A DNA stretch of 64,000 nucleotides from Candidatus Woesearchaeota archaeon (lineage in GTDB: Archaea > Nanobdellota > Nanobdellia > Woesearchaeales > UBA10216), in the NCBI GenBank assembly GCA_016188155.1, contig JACPIH010000003.1, forward strand, positions 2,033 through 66,032. The letters run 5' to 3'. The first letter of the stretch is position 1. The number at the start of each line of letters is the position of its first letter. Position numbers and translations under genes: made by a program. Shown piece after piece: positions 61,305 to 64,000 of this stretch. The notes beneath the pieces were generated by a model. That model did no database searches. It saw nothing but the letters and a program-made list of their open reading frames with translations, and was not told where the DNA came from.

Positions 61305-61998
61305 TTCTCTCCATCACCCTCAACAGCAAATCCGGCCTGTTGCTTCCAATGGCGTCAACTCCAAGCTTTGCAAGCCTTCGGATGTCTCTTTCTGTATCGC
61401 AATTCCAGACTGTTATTCCAAGTCCGGCTTTCCTCAAATCCCTCACCATTTTCTCATCGACGAAGTTCTGGTTCGCAGATAGGTAATCTGCTTTTGCGGC
61501 TTTAACAACGTCAGCAGCATTGACAGGGTTTCCCACAATAAGCGCGCCTGTTTTTATCTGGAGCTTTCTTGTCTTTGCAATTCCCTTGACTTTCTTAATA
61601 AAATCGTGGTAGAATGATATCACCACCACATCAGCTGCTATTCTGTTTCTTTCTATTGCCGCAACCGTATCCTCCTCAAGCCCTTTTGATTTCAGCTCGA
61701 TACACATTTTCATTTTTCCTTTACAAACATCTATTACTTCCTGTAGGGTTGGTATCTTCTCACCTTTTCCCGCATCCAGTTTTTTCAGCTGCAGCAATGT
61801 AAGGTCAGCTACGAATCCCTCTCCATTTGTTGTCCTGTCAACAGTTTCGTCATGAATTACAACCAGCTCCCCGCTTTTGCAGCGGTGCACGTCAAACTCA
61901 ACGTAATTCACTCCTATTTCTATCGCTTTCCTGAAGCCGCGAAGAGTGTTTTCAGGCTCAAGCGCTGCTGCCCCGCGATGGCCTATTGTTTGTATCAT
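61297..61998 (-). CDS. Glycerophosphodiester phosphodiesterase (GDPD family)
   Basis: IGHRGA...PENT, VEFDVH, VIHDETVDRTTNG. Overlaps both carA and carB. Confidence 0.8.
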   Translation of the reverse strand: MIQTIGHRGAAALEPENTLRGFRKAIEIGVNYVEFDVHRCKSGELVVIHDETVDRTTNGEGFVADLTLLQLKKLDAGKGEKIPTLQEVIDVCKGKMKMCIELKSKGLEEDTVAAIERNRIAADVVVISFYHDFIKKVKGIAKTRKLQIKTGALIVGNPVNAADVVKAAKADYLSANQNFVDEKMVRDLRKAGLGITVWNCDTERDIRRLAKLGVDAIGSNRPDLLLRVMERNG

Positions 61999-63095
61999 TT
62001 CATCATCCCCAAAAACTCGTCAAACAGGAAAGCAGTATCTAATGGTCCAGGCGTTGCTTCAGGGTGTGCTTGAAAGCTCATGAAAGGCTTGTTCTTGTGC
62101 CTCAGCCCCTCGTTCGTCCCGTCGTTCGCATTTACGAACAGCTCCTCCCATCCAGACGGCATAGTTTTCATATTGACGGCATACCCGTGGTTTTGCGTTG
62201 TGATATAGCACCTCTTTGTCTCATTGTTGATGCATGGCTGGTTCTGGCTGCGGTGGCCATACTTTAGCTTGTAAGTATCGCCGCCGGCTGCTAATGCGAG
62301 TATTTGGTTCCCTAAGCAGATGCCAAAAATCGGGTGCTCTTCTTTCATAGCAGCTGCAACATTATTTATTGTTGCGGTGCACATCTTCGGGTCCCCCGGG
62401 CCGTTGCTTATGACAATTCCGTCAAAGTCAAGTTCCTTATCGGCCAGAAAGTCGTAGTCCCACGGCACCCTTATCACGCAGCATCTTCGGTTGATTAGGC
62501 TTCTTATGATGTTCAGCTTGACGCCGCAGTCTATGAGCACTATCCTTTTTTTGCCGCTGTGATTGTAAGTGACTTTATTGTTAGTGCAGGTCTCTGCTGC
62601 CAGATTTCTTAGGTTCGGGTCTTCAAATTCCACATCGTTGTTGCCAATAACTATTTTTCCCAGCATTACCCCCTTTTCCCTCAGCTTCTTTGTCAGTTGC
62701 CTCGTGTCTATGCCAAATATCGCAGGCTTGCCTTCCTCCTTAAGCCAGTCAGCAAGGCTTTTGGCTGCAGTATAATGACTATAGTTAAACGAGTAATTAG
62801 AAACAATGAGTCCTTCTGCTCGTATCTTTTCAGATTCGAAGCTCAATGGCAGCCCATGCTCATCTTTGTCGTTGCCAGGAACTCCGTAGTTGCCAATAAG
62901 CGGATAAGTCAAAACCAGAATCTGCCCTTTGTAGCTCGGGTCAGTCAGGCTTTCTGGATAGCCAACCATTCCGGTATTAAACACAACCTCGCCAGGAACG
63001 CTCACATCAGCCCCAAATGACTTTCCCTGGAAAACTGTGCCGTCTTGAAGAACTAGTTTCGCGTCTTTTAATGCCGCCCCAATATTCTCGGTCAT
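61995..63095 (-). CDS. carA: Carbamoyl-phosphate synthase small subunit
   Basis: VFNTGMVGYPE, GICLGNQ, QNHGY, FQAHPE. Confidence 0.9.
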   Translation of the reverse strand: MTENIGAALKDAKLVLQDGTVFQGKSFGADVSVPGEVVFNTGMVGYPESLTDPSYKGQILVLTYPLIGNYGVPGNDKDEHGLPLSFESEKIRAEGLIVSNYSFNYSHYTAAKSLADWLKEEGKPAIFGIDTRQLTKKLREKGVMLGKIVIGNNDVEFEDPNLRNLAAETCTNNKVTYNHSGKKRIVLIDCGVKLNIIRSLINRRCCVIRVPWDYDFLADKELDFDGIVISNGPGDPKMCTATINNVAAAMKEEHPIFGICLGNQILALAAGGDTYKLKYGHRSQNQPCINNETKRCYITTQNHGYAVNMKTMPSGWEELFVNANDGTNEGLRHKNKPFMSFQAHPEATPGPLDTAFLFDEFLGMMK

Positions 63096-63120
63096 TAAAA
63101 AAATGTCGGAGCCGGAAGGT

Positions 63121-63130
63121 GTTTATAAAG
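63121..63130 (-). promoter_or_regulatory. TATA-like element for carA
   Basis: Minus strand CTTTATAAAC, centred about 30 nt upstream of the ATG at 63095. Confidence 0.4.
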
Positions 63131-63305
63131 TTTGTTGTTACTGCAGTATTGCTGGAATAAGACCAATCAGTATGACTAGAAAATTCGTAATGAAATCTTT
63201 CTTCGGAGTCATATAATCCTTTGTTTGCTAGGGATTAATAAGGCAGATATAACCACTGGAGTGGTAACCACAATCTGTTGCTGCACGTAATGGGGCCGCG
63301 GCAAA

Positions 63306-64000
63306 TCATTTCTGCCCGTGAATAATCACGTGCACTGGCGTCAGATCAAAAGAGCCCACGTTTTTGAAATTGTGCCTGCCAAGAAGCTCTGTAAATGCCC
63401 GCGTTGGAAGAAGTTGGTCTCCAATAAGAGCTTCAAAGAACTGGATACCTCCCATAATTCTCCCAGGAGTGCTCCGCAAGCCTTCAGGCGTTTCCGGGAA
63501 CGGGAAGTCAGATACGACAAAAAATCCGCCAGGCTTCAATGCATTGAATACGTTAGCGGCTACCTTTTCAATATCGCGGCATTCGTGCATAGAGATATTG
63601 ATCGTAATCAAATCAAACTTATTTTCCGAATTAAAATCCTCTAACGTGCTGCGAATCAGACTTACCTTGCTATCAAGGCCTGCCCCTTTAAGGTGTTCCG
63701 CTGCAAGCTTCAGGGAAAACTCGTCGCCGTCAAGCCCGCTCAATGTTGTATTTGGATAGTTTTTCATGAACTTTGCAAGAGCATTGCCCGTACCGCACGC
63801 AAGTTCAAGGACATTCGCCCCGCCTTTAAGCCTCTCTGATAGTCCTGGAACCTTGTTAAGGCCGCCTGGAATCAATCTATTGTTAAAAGCCTTTCCTGTG
63901 TTGCCCACACCCTTGATGAATTCCTGACCGCATTTGTCCCACCAGGTACGCTCGCCCGATGCAAAATTTTTATGGAATTGCTCAAACACCTCAGGCTGGG
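63306..64000 (-). CDS. Class I SAM-dependent methyltransferase (the 5' end may lie beyond the window)
   Basis: VLELACGTGNAL (motif I), DLITINISMHE. The frame stays open upstream of GTG 63989 to the window edge. Confidence 0.7.
   Translation of the reverse strand, partial: QPEVFEQFHKNFASGERTWWDKCGQEFIKGVGNTGKAFNNRLIPGGLNKVPGLSERLKGGANVLELACGTGNALAKFMKNYPNTTLSGLDGDEFSLKLAAEHLKGAGLDSKVSLIRSTLEDFNSENKFDLITINISMHECRDIEKVAANVFNALKPGGFFVVSDFPFPETPEGLRSTPGRIMGGIQFFEALIGDQLLPTRAFTELLGRHNFKNVGSFDLTPVHVIIHGQK

Noticed and set aside
63138-63212. 24-aa hydrophobic minus-strand ORF (MTPKKDFITNFLVILIGLIPAILQ) upstream of the carA promoter
   Set aside because: It is too short, with no recognisable start context or conservation evidence. 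It is mentioned only for completeness.

Overview
This 64 kb window looks like an archaeal chromosome segment. Supporting features: TFS, a class I CCA-adding enzyme, a Sec11-type signal peptidase, BRE/TATA-like promoters often 25-35 nt from the start codon, an intron-containing tRNA and an intein-bearing class II RNR. About 90% of genes are on the minus strand and packed tightly, with many ATGA-type overlaps.

Gene content, left to right:
- nrdJ (frameshifted, with a LAGLIDADG intein)
- nfo
- a suf Fe-S assembly operon (regulator-sufB-sufD-sufS-sufU-sufC-ferredoxin-DUF1858/IscA)
- type I gap and pgk
- a large coiled-coil membrane protein
- housekeeping genes (DUF167, tfs, signal peptidase, NMD3-like, PAP2/polyprenol-kinase fusion, cca, smc, SSB, tRNA-Phe, tRNA-Leu)
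- a very large nucleotide super-cluster: guaA, two purP, purB, purC, purE, purQ, purL, purM, folD, glyA, MTHFS, purD-purN, purF, split purH, purA, an HTH-PRTase regulator, pyrF, pyrE, pyrC, pyrK, pyrD, carB and carA

No CRISPR array, rRNA, transposase or recognisable defence system is visible.

Most unusual observations:
1. A family of about 40-nt hairpin repeats, 7 copies, all in one orientation. Three copies carry a nested 50-nt double-hairpin module with compensatory stem changes. One composite copy sits in frame inside purL.
2. Two NrdR-box-like 16-bp palindromes, 32 bp apart, between the TATA box and the start of nrdJ.
3. Four core genes are interrupted (nrdJ, sufC, purF, pyrK). Three of them also appear to lack about 17-20 conserved codons at the break.
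4. A shared TTTGCAC motif at a fixed distance from the TATA box in two purine promoters, next to an HTH-PRTase regulator.
5. Several odd operon guests and fusions: cytoplasmic NlpC/P60 in the folate/purine operon, GDPD between carA and carB, LOG-like in the pyr operon, and a PAP2-kinase fusion.

All homology calls come from motif recognition by eye and memory; no searches were run. GC statements are by-eye estimates.
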